From NCBI RefSeq assembly GCF_041928815.1, contig NZ_JBHFEI010000008.1, forward strand, positions 198,349 to 262,348: a DNA stretch of 64,000 nt, in the 5' to 3' direction. Every line of letters begins with the position of its first letter. Within the stretch, counting starts at the first letter, position 1. Below the pieces are notes generated by a model. It saw only the letters and a program-made list of their open reading frames with translations, ran no database searches and was not told the origin of the DNA. This document shows positions 9,175-18,931 of this stretch, piece after piece. Position numbers and translations under genes: made by a program. This DNA is from Ciceribacter sp. sgz301302. Lineage in GTDB: Bacteria > Pseudomonadota > Alphaproteobacteria > Rhizobiales > Rhizobiaceae.

Positions 9175-11681
9175 CGCCGCCGACACCGCGCCGGTCGGCG
9201 CTTGGCCTCCACCGCGAGCTGACGGCGATCTGGGGCACGCCGCCGGGATGGGGCCGGCTCCAGGCCGTCAACCACACAGTCGTCGGCAAGCGCTTCATGG
9301 CAACGGCGCTCGTCTTCTTCGCCATCGGCGGCGTGCTGGCGATGCTGATCCGCACGCAGCTCGCGACGACGGAGAGCGCCTTCCTCGACGCCGCCGCCTA
9401 TGCGCAGGTCTTCACCATGCATGGCGTGGTGATGATGTTCCTCTTCGCCATCCCCTTCTTCGAGGGGCTCGCCATGTATCTGCTGCCGAAGATGCTCGGC
9501 AGCCGCGACCTCGCCTTTCCGCGCATGTCGGCCTATGGCTACTGGTGCTACCTCTTCGGCGGCACCTTCCTCGTCGGCGCGCTCGTTGCAGGCGTCGCGC
9601 CGGATGGCGGCTGGTTCATGTACACGCCGCTTTCCTCCTCGACCTATACGCCCGGCATCAATGCCGACGTCTGGCTGCTCGGCATCACCTTCGTCGAGAT
9701 CTCGGCGCTGTCGGCCGCCGTCGAGATCCTCGTCTCCGTGCTGAAGCTGCGCGCGCCGGGCATGTCGCTGACGCGGATGCCGATCTTCGCCTGGTACATG
9801 CTGGTCGTCGCCGGCATGATGCTGATCGGCTTTCCGCCACTGATCCTCGGCTCGATCCTACTGGAGGCCGAACGGGCCTTCGGGCTGCCCTTCTTCGATC
9901 CGCTTCGGGGCGGCGATCCGCTCCTGTGGCAGCACCTCTTCTGGCTGTTCGGCCATCCGGAGGTCTATATCATCTTCCTTCCCGCCGCAGGTGCCCTGTC
10001 GACGATCATCCCGACGCTCGCCCGCCGCCCGCTCGAAGGCTACGAGATCGTCGTCGCGGCGATCATCGCCATCGCCTTCCTCTCCTTCGGCCTCTGGGTG
10101 CATCACATGTACACGGTCGGCATCCCCCATGTGGCGCTGTCGTTCTTCTCGGCGGCGAGCGGGCTCGTCGCCGTCCCGACCGGCGTGCAGATCTTCGCCT
10201 GGCTTGCGACGCTCGCTCATGGCAAGCCGCGCCTGTCGGTGCCGATGCTGCATGTGTTCGGCTTCTTCTTCGTCTTCGTGCTCGGCGGCCTGACCGGCGT
10301 CATGCTCGCCATGGTGCCGTTCGACTGGCAGGCGCACGACACGCATTTCGTCGTCGCCCACCTCCATTACGTGCTCGTCGGCGGCTTCGTCTTCCCGATG
10401 CTCGCCGCCGCCTATTACTGGCTGCCGCACATGGTCGGCCGGCAATCCGTGCAGCACCTCTCCCACGCCGCCTTCTGGATGATCTTCATCGGCTTCAACG
10501 TGACGTTCTTCGCCATGCACCTGACCGGCCTTCGCGGCATGACGCGGCGGATCTCCACCTATCCGCCGGAGGCCGGCTGGGAGACGCTCAACTTCGTCTC
10601 GTCGATGGGCAGCTTCGTCATGACGACCGGCTTCGCCCTCGTCGCGCTCGACCTTCTTCTGCTCGCGCTCTTCGGCAAGCCGTTCCGCCGCAATCCCTGG
10701 CGGGCGGAAACGCTGGAATGGGCGATGCCGACGCCGCCGACCGCCTATGCCTTCGCGGCACTTCCGGAGATGCCCACGCGCGCCGACCGGATCGATCCCG
10801 ACCGGCTGGGTGCAAGGCTCGCCGCCGGCGATGGCTATCTCGGTTTCACCCGCAACGGCTGGATGGAGGTGATCGGCGTCGACATGGTGACGGGACGGCC
10901 CGAACAGGTGATCGTGCTGCCGCGACGGACCTGCCTTCCGCTCCTGACGGCGATCGCGACGGCAAGCATCTTCGCCTTGCTGCTCGCCAAGATCACCTGG
11001 CTCGTGCCGCCGGCCCTTCTGGCGGTGGTCGCGCTGTTCCTCTTCTGGACGCGCGACTGCGGGTTGCGCGCCGATCTTACCCCCTTGCCGGTCGGCCGCG
11101 GCCCCGACCTGCCGCACCACTACCAGTCGGAACGGCCGCCGTCCTACTGGGCGATGGTCTTCACGCTTGCCGCCGACGCGACGCTCTACACATCGCTCCT
11201 CTTCGGCGCGCTCTTCCTCTGGCTCTCCGCCCCGAACTGGCCGCCCTACACCAGCATCCCGCTCGACGGCGTCACGGCCCTTGCCGTCACGGTCTCGCTG
11301 GGGGCCGCCGTTGCCCTCGGCCGGCTCTTCTCCCCCGGCGATCCCCGCGTCGTCCTCGGGCCGGCGATCGCGGCGCTCGCCCACGGCGTCGCCCTCGCCT
11401 TCCTTCTCGTCTTCCTCGTGGAGATCCGCGAGGAGGCGACCCGCCACGCCGCTCTCGCCAGCATCTTCGCGGTGAAGGCCTATGCGGCGCTGCATGTCGC
11501 CGTCGGCCTCGTCCTGTCGCTCTTCTGCGTCTTCCGGGTCAGACGCGGCTATGTCTCGGCGGGACGCGATCTCGACCTGCGGCTCGCCCGGCTCTTCGAT
11601 GTCTACACGCTCGTTGCCGGGCTCGCGGCCGTGGGGTTCCCGTTCCTCCTGAAACTGCTGACCGCGGGGGCCGGCGCATGA
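9171..11681 (+). CDS. coxA: Cytochrome c oxidase subunit I fused to a subunit III-like C-terminal domain (836 aa)
   Basis: ATGA overlap with coxB. Canonical CoxI sequence through ...ETLEWAMPTPPTAYAF, then ~290 extra aa of multi-TM sequence consistent with a CoxIII-like domain. Confidence 0.85.
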   Translation: MTPPTPRRSALGLHRELTAIWGTPPGWGRLQAVNHTVVGKRFMATALVFFAIGGVLAMLIRTQLATTESAFLDAAAYAQVFTMHGVVMMFLFAIPFFEGLAMYLLPKMLGSRDLAFPRMSAYGYWCYLFGGTFLVGALVAGVAPDGGWFMYTPLSSSTYTPGINADVWLLGITFVEISALSAAVEILVSVLKLRAPGMSLTRMPIFAWYMLVVAGMMLIGFPPLILGSILLEAERAFGLPFFDPLRGGDPLLWQHLFWLFGHPEVYIIFLPAAGALSTIIPTLARRPLEGYEIVVAAIIAIAFLSFGLWVHHMYTVGIPHVALSFFSAASGLVAVPTGVQIFAWLATLAHGKPRLSVPMLHVFGFFFVFVLGGLTGVMLAMVPFDWQAHDTHFVVAHLHYVLVGGFVFPMLAAAYYWLPHMVGRQSVQHLSHAAFWMIFIGFNVTFFAMHLTGLRGMTRRISTYPPEAGWETLNFVSSMGSFVMTTGFALVALDLLLLALFGKPFRRNPWRAETLEWAMPTPPTAYAFAALPEMPTRADRIDPDRLGARLAAGDGYLGFTRNGWMEVIGVDMVTGRPEQVIVLPRRTCLPLLTAIATASIFALLLAKITWLVPPALLAVVALFLFWTRDCGLRADLTPLPVGRGPDLPHHYQSERPPSYWAMVFTLAADATLYTSLLFGALFLWLSAPNWPPYTSIPLDGVTALAVTVSLGAAVALGRLFSPGDPRVVLGPAIAALAHGVALAFLLVFLVEIREEATRHAALASIFAVKAYAALHVAVGLVLSLFCVFRVRRGYVSAGRDLDLRLARLFDVYTLVAGLAAVGFPFLLKLLTAGAGA

Positions 11682-11995
11682 CCAGGCATCCGCTCCTTGC
11701 CCTTCTTACGGTCTGGATCGTCTGGGCCTTCGGCTTTCTCCTGCTCTATGCGCTGCAGGCCACCGGCTGCAGGGCGGGCCTCGACATCCGGATGATCGGC
11801 CCCGTCTCTGCTCTGCGCCTCCTGCTGATCGTCGCGACAACCCTTCTCCTCCTCGCCCTCACGGTCCTGACCCGCCGGGTCACGGCAGGATCCCTGGGCT
11901 CGCCGCTGGCGCGCATTACCGCCCTCGCCAACGGCGCGGCCATCATCGCTGTCCTCACCTTTGCCGGCGTGGCGTGGCTGAGCCTGTGCCGATAG
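11678..11995 (+). CDS. Small 3-TM membrane protein, possible oxidase subunit IV-like
   Basis: 105-aa hydrophobic ORF, ATGA-coupled to coxA. Position matches small subunits of caa3/aa3 oxidases. Confidence 0.45.
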   Translation: MTRHPLLALLTVWIVWAFGFLLLYALQATGCRAGLDIRMIGPVSALRLLLIVATTLLLLALTVLTRRVTAGSLGSPLARITALANGAAIIAVLTFAGVAWLSLCR

Positions 11996-12170
11996 AAAGG
12001 GAGAGGAGCGCCTGCCGCGGCACGGGAGTGCACGGTGTCACGCCGACGTGTCACCCGACGTTTCCCGTCTTCCGCCTGCCGGACATTTATGCATGATGGC
12101 GCGACGAGCGCGGCGCAGGGGCGTTGCGCCCGGCTCCGGTCGCGGAGCCAACAGCAGACAGGCCTATGTG

Positions 12171-12944
12171 ATGGTGCGTAGCTTCGATTCGGTCGCGTTC
12201 CTCGCCTCCCCGACGGCGGAGGCCCAGTCGGCGGCGGAGGAACTGATCGCCCTTCACGGCAATTGCGATCCGGCCGATGCGGACGTGATCGTCGCGCTTG
12301 GCGGCGACGGCTTCATGCTGCAGACGCTGCACCGGACGATGAATTCCGGCAAGCTCGTCTACGGCATGAACCGCGGCTCGGTCGGCTTCCTCATGAACCG
12401 CTACAGCACCGAGCGCCTGCGCGAGCGGATCGAGGCTGCGGACGAGAACGCGCTCCATCCCCTCGAAATGCAGACGACGGACGCCGACGGCAACCGTTTC
12501 AATGCCCTGGCGATCAACGAGGTCTCGCTGCTGAGGCAATCCTACCAGGCCGCCAAGCTTCAGGTGGTGATCGACGGGCAGGTGCGGCTCGAGGAGCTGA
12601 TCTGCGACGGGCTGCTCCTGTCGACGCCGGCCGGCTCGACCGCCTACAATCTCTCGGCGCATGGTCCGATCCTGCCGCTCGAGGCGCCGCTGCTGGCGCT
12701 GACGCCGGTGAGCCCGTTCCGCCCGAGACGCTGGCGCGGTGCCCTGCTTCCGAACCGCGTGACCGTCGAGATCGCCATCCTCGAGCCGGAGAAGCGGCCG
12801 GTCAACGCGGTCGCCGACCATGTCGAGGTCAAGTCCGTCGTCAGCGTGCGCATCGCCGAATCGGAAAACACCACCGCCCGCATTCTCTCCGATCCGGATT
12901 ATTCCTGGTCGGACCGCATTCTCAGCGAACAATTTTCCAATTGA
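12171..12944 (+). CDS. nadK: NAD kinase
   Basis: GGDGFML motif (VIVALGGDGFMLQTL), NE/D short motif, length 257 aa from the ATG at 12171. GTG at 12168 is an alternative start. Confidence 0.85.
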   Translation: MVRSFDSVAFLASPTAEAQSAAEELIALHGNCDPADADVIVALGGDGFMLQTLHRTMNSGKLVYGMNRGSVGFLMNRYSTERLRERIEAADENALHPLEMQTTDADGNRFNALAINEVSLLRQSYQAAKLQVVIDGQVRLEELICDGLLLSTPAGSTAYNLSAHGPILPLEAPLLALTPVSPFRPRRWRGALLPNRVTVEIAILEPEKRPVNAVADHVEVKSVVSVRIAESENTTARILSDPDYSWSDRILSEQFSN

Positions 12945-12958
12945 GCCTTTGCATCGTC

Positions 12959-12974
12959 AACACATGCATGTGTT
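12959..12974. promoter_or_regulatory. Perfect 16-bp palindrome AACACATGCATGTGTT upstream of the secreted-protein gene
   Basis: Read directly; the reverse complement is identical. Lies 50 bp upstream of the ATG at 13025. Confidence 0.4.
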
Positions 12975-13024
12975 AAGGTTTCAACGTTCGAAGACATGGC
13001 AGGCACGGCAGAGGGAGATGCAGG

Positions 13025-13558
13025 ATGCGACGCATGATCAGGCGCCTGGCGCCGCTTCTCTGTCTCGCCGTGATCGATCCGACCTTCGCGCATGCGCAGA
13101 CGGCCGACGCGTCGCAGACCCTGTCTCCGTCGGTCATCTTTGTCACCAGCACGGGATACTGGGAGGAAAGCGGCGATCCGGCGGTGCTGCTCGACCCTGA
13201 AAATCCGCCCTCCGGGGCCGCCGGCGCGGCCCCTGAAAAGCCGCAGCCGGCGCGGCGCGGCTACTACAAGCTGATCGCCGAGCGCCAGCCCGACGGAACG
13301 GCCCATATCTATCTGCAGCAGATCGCGCTCGGGACGGAGGGACCGGAGGTCGTTTCCTCGGCCGAGCTGGAGGAATTCTCGCAGCGCTCCGTCTACGTCA
13401 CCGATATCCGGCCCGAGACCTCCTCCGGCGTGACGACCGAGCCCGGCATGTTCGCGACCGTCTATCTGAGAACCGATCCGGCCGCGAGCGAGCCGGAAAG
13501 CTGGACCGTGCTGATCGACGACCTCGGCGACATCAAGGTGGAACGCGCCAGCAACTGA
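13025..13558 (+). CDS. Hypothetical secreted/periplasmic protein with signal peptide
   Basis: MRRMIRRLAPLLCLAVIDPTFAHAQ signal peptide. RBS GGAGATGCAGG. No recognisable domain. Confidence 0.55.
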   Translation: MRRMIRRLAPLLCLAVIDPTFAHAQTADASQTLSPSVIFVTSTGYWEESGDPAVLLDPENPPSGAAGAAPEKPQPARRGYYKLIAERQPDGTAHIYLQQIALGTEGPEVVSSAELEEFSQRSVYVTDIRPETSSGVTTEPGMFATVYLRTDPAASEPESWTVLIDDLGDIKVERASN

Positions 13559-13628
13559 CGGCGCCTGCCACGATCCGTTAGGCGCCTCACCGAATGGGAG
13601 ACGCCTGACTCATGGAAAGTCCCCGCTT

Positions 13629-14761
13629 CTATGCCAGGTCGGCTGACTCGACATCCGCCCCGCCATTGACGCGGTGGGCAAGGGCGGCCTCCATGAACTC
13701 GTTGAGCTCGCCGTCGAGCACGTCCGAGGGCGCCGTGCTTTCGACGCCGGTGCGAAGGTCCTTGACCAGCTGGTAGGGCTGCAGAACGTAGGAGCGGATC
13801 TGGTGACCCCAGCCGATGTCTGTCTTGGACGCGGCTTCCGCGTTCGCCGCCTCTTCCCGCTTCTTCAGCTCCGCCTCGTAGAGGCGGGCGCGCAGCATGT
13901 CCCAGGCCTTGGCGCGGTTCTTGTGCTGCGAACGCTCCTGCTGGCACTGCACGACGATCCCGCTCGGCATGTGGGTGATGCGCACGGCCGAATCGGTGGT
14001 GTTGACGTGCTGGCCGCCGGCGCCCGACGACCGATAGGTGTCGATGCGGCAGTCGCTCTCGTTGATGTCGATCTGGATCGAATCGTCGACGACCGGATAG
14101 ACCCAGATCGAGGAGAAGGACGTGTGCCGGCGGGCGTTGCTGTCATAGGGCGAGATTCGGACGAGCCGGTGCACGCCCGATTCGGTCTTCAGCCAGCCAT
14201 AGGCGTTCTGGCCCTTGACCAGCAGGGTTGCCGACTTGATGCCCGCCTCCTCGCCGTCGTGGATTTCGAGGAGTTCGACCTTGAAGCCCTGGCGCTCGGC
14301 CCAGCGCGTATACATGCGCAGCAGCATGTTGGCCCAGTCCTGGCTCTCCGTGCCGCCCGCGCCGGAATGCACTTCGAGATAGGTGTCGTTGCCATCGGCC
14401 TCGCCGGACAGCATCGCCTCCACCTGCTTCTTCGCCGCCACCGACCGGAGCTCGCGAAGGGCGTTTTCCGCGTCGGAAACGATCTCGGCGTCGCCCTCTT
14501 CCTCGCCGAGCGCGATCAGCTCGATGTTTTCGGCAAGTTGCCTCTCGATCGTCCGCAGTCCGTTGACGCCGTCATCGAGCTGCTGGCGCTCGCGCATCAG
14601 CTTCTGCGCCTCGCCCGCATCGTTCCAGAGAGACGGGTCTTCCGCCTTGTTGTTCAGCCAGTCCAGCCGCCGGATTGCCTGATCCCAGTCAAAGATGCCT
14701 CCTCAGCAGGCTTATGGCCTGCCTGATCTCGTCGACGATGTTCTCGATTTCGCTGCGCATG
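13629..14761 (-). CDS. prfB: Peptide chain release factor 2 with programmed +1 ribosomal frameshift
   Basis: Frame-0 start [23 protein letters not shown] then in-frame TGA within AGGAGG-CAT-CTT-TGA-C (minus strand, ~14690-14700). The +1 frame continues [22 protein letters not shown]...[19 protein letters not shown] (GGQ motif). Confidence 0.9.
14690..14700 (-). other. prfB: prfB +1 frameshift site (CUU UGA C) with upstream SD-like AGGAGG
   Basis: Seen in sequence: minus-strand ctg agg agg cat ctt tga ctg. Confidence 0.85.
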
Positions 14762-14904
14762 ATCCTGCTTCTTGATGGTGAGTGCCGGCATGCCCGCTCA
14801 GACGGCACCGTGCGGGCGGGACGTGCCGCCGGGAATAGCTCCGGCCGCCGGCAATGTAAAGCCGGCGGCCTCCAGCACCGTCCTCGACGGTGCTGGAGGC
14901 CGCG

Positions 14905-17355
14905 TCAGAACAGGCCGGCCCCGGAATTGACCGCCTGGTTCGCCTGCGGCGAGGTCCTGAGGATTTCCTCCGGCGAAACATAGTTGTCCATGCCGCCGAT
15001 GACGGAGAAGGTGTCCGCCGGCCCGGTCCCGGGCTTGAAGGCCTCGATGATCGTATCAGGGTCGCCCTCGCGCGCGGCCATGCCCGTCTTCCGGTTGACC
15101 GGGATCAGGCTCATGCCCTCCGGCACGACGAACTTGGTCGGCCGCGCGCCGACGAGGGCGGCCTGCATGAAATCGTTGAAGAGGGGCGCCGACAGGCTGC
15201 CGCCCGTCGCGCCGCGGCCGAGCGGCGCGGGCGTGTCGAAGCCGATATAGAGGCCGGCGACCAGTTCCGGCGTGTAGCCGACGAACCAAGCATCCTTCTC
15301 GTCGTTGGTGGTGCCGGTCTTGCCGGCGACCGGGCGGTCAAGCTGGATCTTGCCGGCCGCCGTGCCGCGCGACACCACGCCCTCCATCATCGAGGTGATC
15401 TGGTAGGAGGTCATCGGGTCGAGCACCTGCTCGCGATTGTCGGTCAGGACCGGCTCCTCCTGGTTTTCCCAGTCGGCGACGTTGCAGGTGTCGCAGGTGC
15501 GGTCCTCGTGGCGGAAGATCGTCTTGCCGTAGCGGTCCTGGATCCGGTCGATCAGCGAGGGCTTGATCTGCTTGCCGCCATTGGCGAGCACGGAATAGGC
15601 CGAGACCATGCGCAGCACCGTGGTCTCGCCGGAGCCGAGCGACATGGCGAGAACCGGCATCATCTTGTCGTAGATGCCGAAACGCTCGGCATATTCGGCA
15701 ACGAGGTTCATGCCCATGTCCTGGGCGAGACGCACGGTCATCAGGTTGCGCGACTTCTCGATGCCGAGCCGCAGCGTCGAGGGGCCGGCGGCACCACCGC
15801 CATAGTTTTCCGGCCGCCACACCTGGCCGCCCGAGACGATCTCGATCGGCGCGTCGAGGATGACGGAGGCCGGCGTGTAGCCGTTGTCGAGCGCCGCGGC
15901 ATAGACGAAGGGCTTGAACGAGGATCCCGGCTGGCGCATCGCCTGGGTCGCACGGTTGAATTCCGACTGCGCGTAGGAGAAGCCGCCGGCCATGGCGAGC
16001 ACGCGGCCGGTCTGCGGATCCATGGCGACGAGGCCGCCCTGGACCTTGGGCGGCTGGCGCAGGCGATACTCGCCCTCCGCCTCCAGCGGCTCGACATAGA
16101 CGACGTCGCCGGCGTTCAGGACGCCTTCGGGAGAACGGGCGGTGCGGCGCGCGCCGGTGGCGGAGCGATAGGCCCACTGCATCGCCTTCGCGCCGATATG
16201 GCCGGTCACGCGTTCGGCGGCAACCTTGCCGGCGACGTCCTTGTCCGGCTGCAGGCCGATATCGGCACCCTTGCCGTCGACGGCGAGCACGACGGCGAGC
16301 TTCCATTCCGGCACGTCGCTGAGCGCGTTGACCTTGGCGAGCTCGACACCCCAGTCTCCGCCGACCGGGATCGTGCTGATCGGCCCATGGAAGCCACGGC
16401 GCTCGTCATAGCTGATCAGGCCGTCCTGCAGCACCTTGCGCGCGATCACCTGGATGCGCGGGTCGAGGGAGGTGCGCACCGAAAGCCCGCCCTCGTAAAG
16501 GGCATTGTCGCCGTAGCGCTGGATGATCTGCCGGCGCACTTCCTCGGCGAAATAGTCGGAGGCGAAGAGATGCGAACCGCCGCGGCGCGGCTTCACGCCG
16601 AGCGGCTGGGCCTTGGCCTCCTCGCCGTCCGCCTTGGTGACGTAGCCGTTCTCGACCATGCGGTCGATCACCCAGTTGCGCCGTTCGATCGCCGCCGCCT
16701 CGCGGCGGAAGGGGTGATAATTTGCCGGTCCCTTCGGCAGGGCAGCGAGATAGGCGGTCTCGGCGATCGTCAGTTCCGTCACCGACTTGTCGAAATAGGT
16801 GAGCGCCGCGCCGGCGATGCCGTAGGAGTTCAGGCCGAAGAAGATCTCGTTCAGGTAGAGTTCGAGAATGCGATCCTTGGAATAGGCCTGCTCGATGCGG
16901 AAGGAAAGGATCGCCTCCTTCACCTTGCGGTCGATCGTCTGGTCGGAGGTCAGCAGGAAGTTCTTCGCCACCTGTTGGGTGATGGTCGAGGCGCCGACGG
17001 GGCGGCGCCCGGAACCGAACTGCTGGATATTGACGACGATGGCGCGGGCAAGGCCGGTGATGTCGACGCCCGGATGCTGGTAGAAATTCTTGTCTTCCGC
17101 CGAGATGAAGGCGGCCTTCACCCGGTCGGGGATCGCCTGGATCGGCAGATAGAGGCGGCGCTCGCGGGCAAATTCGGCCATCAGCTGTCCGTCGCCCGCG
17201 TGAATGCGCGTCGTGACCGGCGGGGCGTATTTCGCCAGGACCTCGTAATCGGGAAGATCCCTGGTGACATGTCCGAGATAGACGGCGAGCGCGGCGGCGA
17301 CGCCGAGCAGGAGAAATGCGCCAATCCCGAAGAAATATCCAATCAGTCTGATCAT
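14905..17355 (-). CDS. mrcA: Penicillin-binding protein 1A (bifunctional transglycosylase/transpeptidase)
   Basis: N-terminal TM, then glycosyltransferase-51 motifs (FISAEDKNFYQHPGVD, TITQQVAKN) and transpeptidase (SSFKPF, SGN, KTGT). Start taken at the ATG giving MIRLIGYFFG. Confidence 0.9.
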   Translation of the reverse strand: MIRLIGYFFGIGAFLLLGVAAALAVYLGHVTRDLPDYEVLAKYAPPVTTRIHAGDGQLMAEFARERRLYLPIQAIPDRVKAAFISAEDKNFYQHPGVDITGLARAIVVNIQQFGSGRRPVGASTITQQVAKNFLLTSDQTIDRKVKEAILSFRIEQAYSKDRILELYLNEIFFGLNSYGIAGAALTYFDKSVTELTIAETAYLAALPKGPANYHPFRREAAAIERRNWVIDRMVENGYVTKADGEEAKAQPLGVKPRRGGSHLFASDYFAEEVRRQIIQRYGDNALYEGGLSVRTSLDPRIQVIARKVLQDGLISYDERRGFHGPISTIPVGGDWGVELAKVNALSDVPEWKLAVVLAVDGKGADIGLQPDKDVAGKVAAERVTGHIGAKAMQWAYRSATGARRTARSPEGVLNAGDVVYVEPLEAEGEYRLRQPPKVQGGLVAMDPQTGRVLAMAGGFSYAQSEFNRATQAMRQPGSSFKPFVYAAALDNGYTPASVILDAPIEIVSGGQVWRPENYGGGAAGPSTLRLGIEKSRNLMTVRLAQDMGMNLVAEYAERFGIYDKMMPVLAMSLGSGETTVLRMVSAYSVLANGGKQIKPSLIDRIQDRYGKTIFRHEDRTCDTCNVADWENQEEPVLTDNREQVLDPMTSYQITSMMEGVVSRGTAAGKIQLDRPVAGKTGTTNDEKDAWFVGYTPELVAGLYIGFDTPAPLGRGATGGSLSAPLFNDFMQAALVGARPTKFVVPEGMSLIPVNRKTGMAAREGDPDTIIEAFKPGTGPADTFSVIGGMDNYVSPEEILRTSPQANQAVNSGAGLF

Positions 17356-17725
17356 CGGCGAAATACCGGACCTTTCCCGAATCAATCGGTCCGGACCGCA
17401 AGCCGCCGCTGCCGCGCGCGCGCCCCGAACCGTCCCTGGTCAATCTGCACGTCGCGGCCTCGATGCCGCCGCATCCATGTCGGCGCCACTCGGCGCTCGT
17501 GGTGGCATCGAATCCCGATCCACAGGCGAAAACAGTGGCCGCTGAATAGCGGCGGGATTATGCGCAAAATAGGGCCTCGCGGCAATTTCGCCGCTCATCC
17601 CCTTGAAAAGCATACCGGTGTGACGACGGAGACACAAATCACACGATTGTCTGTCCGCTTCCGGCATAGAGCCAACGGCCGAATCCCGCAACGCCGCCGG
17701 CCGCCATCACGCCCGGGGCGCGGCC

Positions 17726-18931
17726 TCAGCCGCCGTTTCCGGCGACGGTCGTGCGATAGGTGCCGACGGCCGCACTGATCAGCCCCGCCACCTTCTCCCG
17801 CCAGGCCGCGTCGAGCAGCAGCTTTTCGTCATCCGGGTTCGACATGAAGCCGAGTTCGAGCAGGATGGAGGGGACGTCGGGCGCCTGGAGGACGCGGAAG
17901 CCGGCATGGCGGTGCGGATTGTTGATCAGGTTGATCTGGCCTTCGAAGGAGGAGACGACCGAGCGCGCCATGGCGATCGAAAACGCCTGGGTTTCGCGCC
18001 TCGTCAGGTCGATCAGGATGTCGGCGACCTCCGGCGGCCCGCTTTCCGCTGGCACGCCGGCGATCTGGTCGGAGAGGTTCTCGCGTTCGGCAAGGCTCGC
18101 GGCGAGATGGTCGGAGGCCCGGTCGGAGATCGTGTAGACGGTCGCGCCGCGAATGTCCTTCTGCTTCAGCGTGTCGGCATGGATCGAGATGAAGAGGTCG
18201 GCGCCGTTCTGGCGCGAGAGCTGCACCCGCTGCGACAACGACAGGAATGTGTCCGAATCGCGGGTCAGGAAGGCCTTGATGCCGGGCTCCCGGCCAAGCC
18301 GCTCGGCGAGCTGGCGGGCGAAGGCAAGGGTGACGACCTTCTCCTCGGTGCGGCTCGTCGCGCCGAGTGCGCCGGTGTCGATCCCGCCATGGCCGGCATC
18401 GACGGCGACGACGAAGCTGCCGTCCTCTTTCGGCTGGCGGATCGAGGCGAGCGTCGCCGGTGCCTCCCAGGTCTGGCCGGCCATCAGCGCGGAAAACTGC
18501 GCCTCGTCCGCCATCTCCGTATCGATGACCAGCCGGTAGCCGCGCCCCTCCTCGTCCGGCCGCGCCTGCGCGAAACTGACCGCGACGGGCCGGCGCGCTG
18601 TCAGCACGATGCGCGCGGCCCCCTCGCCCATGCCGCCATAGCGGATATCGGAAAAAAGCCCGCGTGGGCCGAGAGCGCCGTCCTTGAAGCCGAAATGGGT
18701 CTCCTGCAGGTCGATGACGATGCGATAGGGATTGGCGACGTAGTGCAGCGAAAAATCGGGCCGCCCGTCGAACTCGATGACGACACGCGTGCGCGCGTCG
18801 TCTCCGGCGATGCGGGCGCCGTAGGCGAGAAGCGGCCCGTCCGCCGCCAGGGCCTGCGCCAGGGCGAAGACCATCAGGATGCAGGCGCCGAACCCGGCGC
18901 CGATCTGTCGCGCGGCGCGGCGCCAGCCCAT
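17726..18931 (-). CDS. amiC: N-acetylmuramoyl-L-alanine amidase (Amidase_3, AmiC-like)
   Basis: Signal peptide from MGWRRAARQIGAGFGACILMVFALAQALAA. Amidase_3 core VVAVDAGHGGIDTGA...ADLFISIHAD. Start chosen from the signal peptide; longer upstream ORF rejected. Confidence 0.8.
   Translation of the reverse strand: MGWRRAARQIGAGFGACILMVFALAQALAADGPLLAYGARIAGDDARTRVVIEFDGRPDFSLHYVANPYRIVIDLQETHFGFKDGALGPRGLFSDIRYGGMGEGAARIVLTARRPVAVSFAQARPDEEGRGYRLVIDTEMADEAQFSALMAGQTWEAPATLASIRQPKEDGSFVVAVDAGHGGIDTGALGATSRTEEKVVTLAFARQLAERLGREPGIKAFLTRDSDTFLSLSQRVQLSRQNGADLFISIHADTLKQKDIRGATVYTISDRASDHLAASLAERENLSDQIAGVPAESGPPEVADILIDLTRRETQAFSIAMARSVVSSFEGQINLINNPHRHAGFRVLQAPDVPSILLELGFMSNPDDEKLLLDAAWREKVAGLISAAVGTYRTTVAGNGG

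Noticed and set aside
9858-11495. 545-aa minus-strand ORF antisense to coxA
   Set aside because: Arg/Glu/Asp/Gly-rich artefact opposite an unambiguous CoxI gene.
14890-17778. 962-aa + ORF antisense to mrcA, and nested ORFs 15338..16306, 16406..17443
   Set aside because: Antisense/alternate frames of the PBP1A gene.
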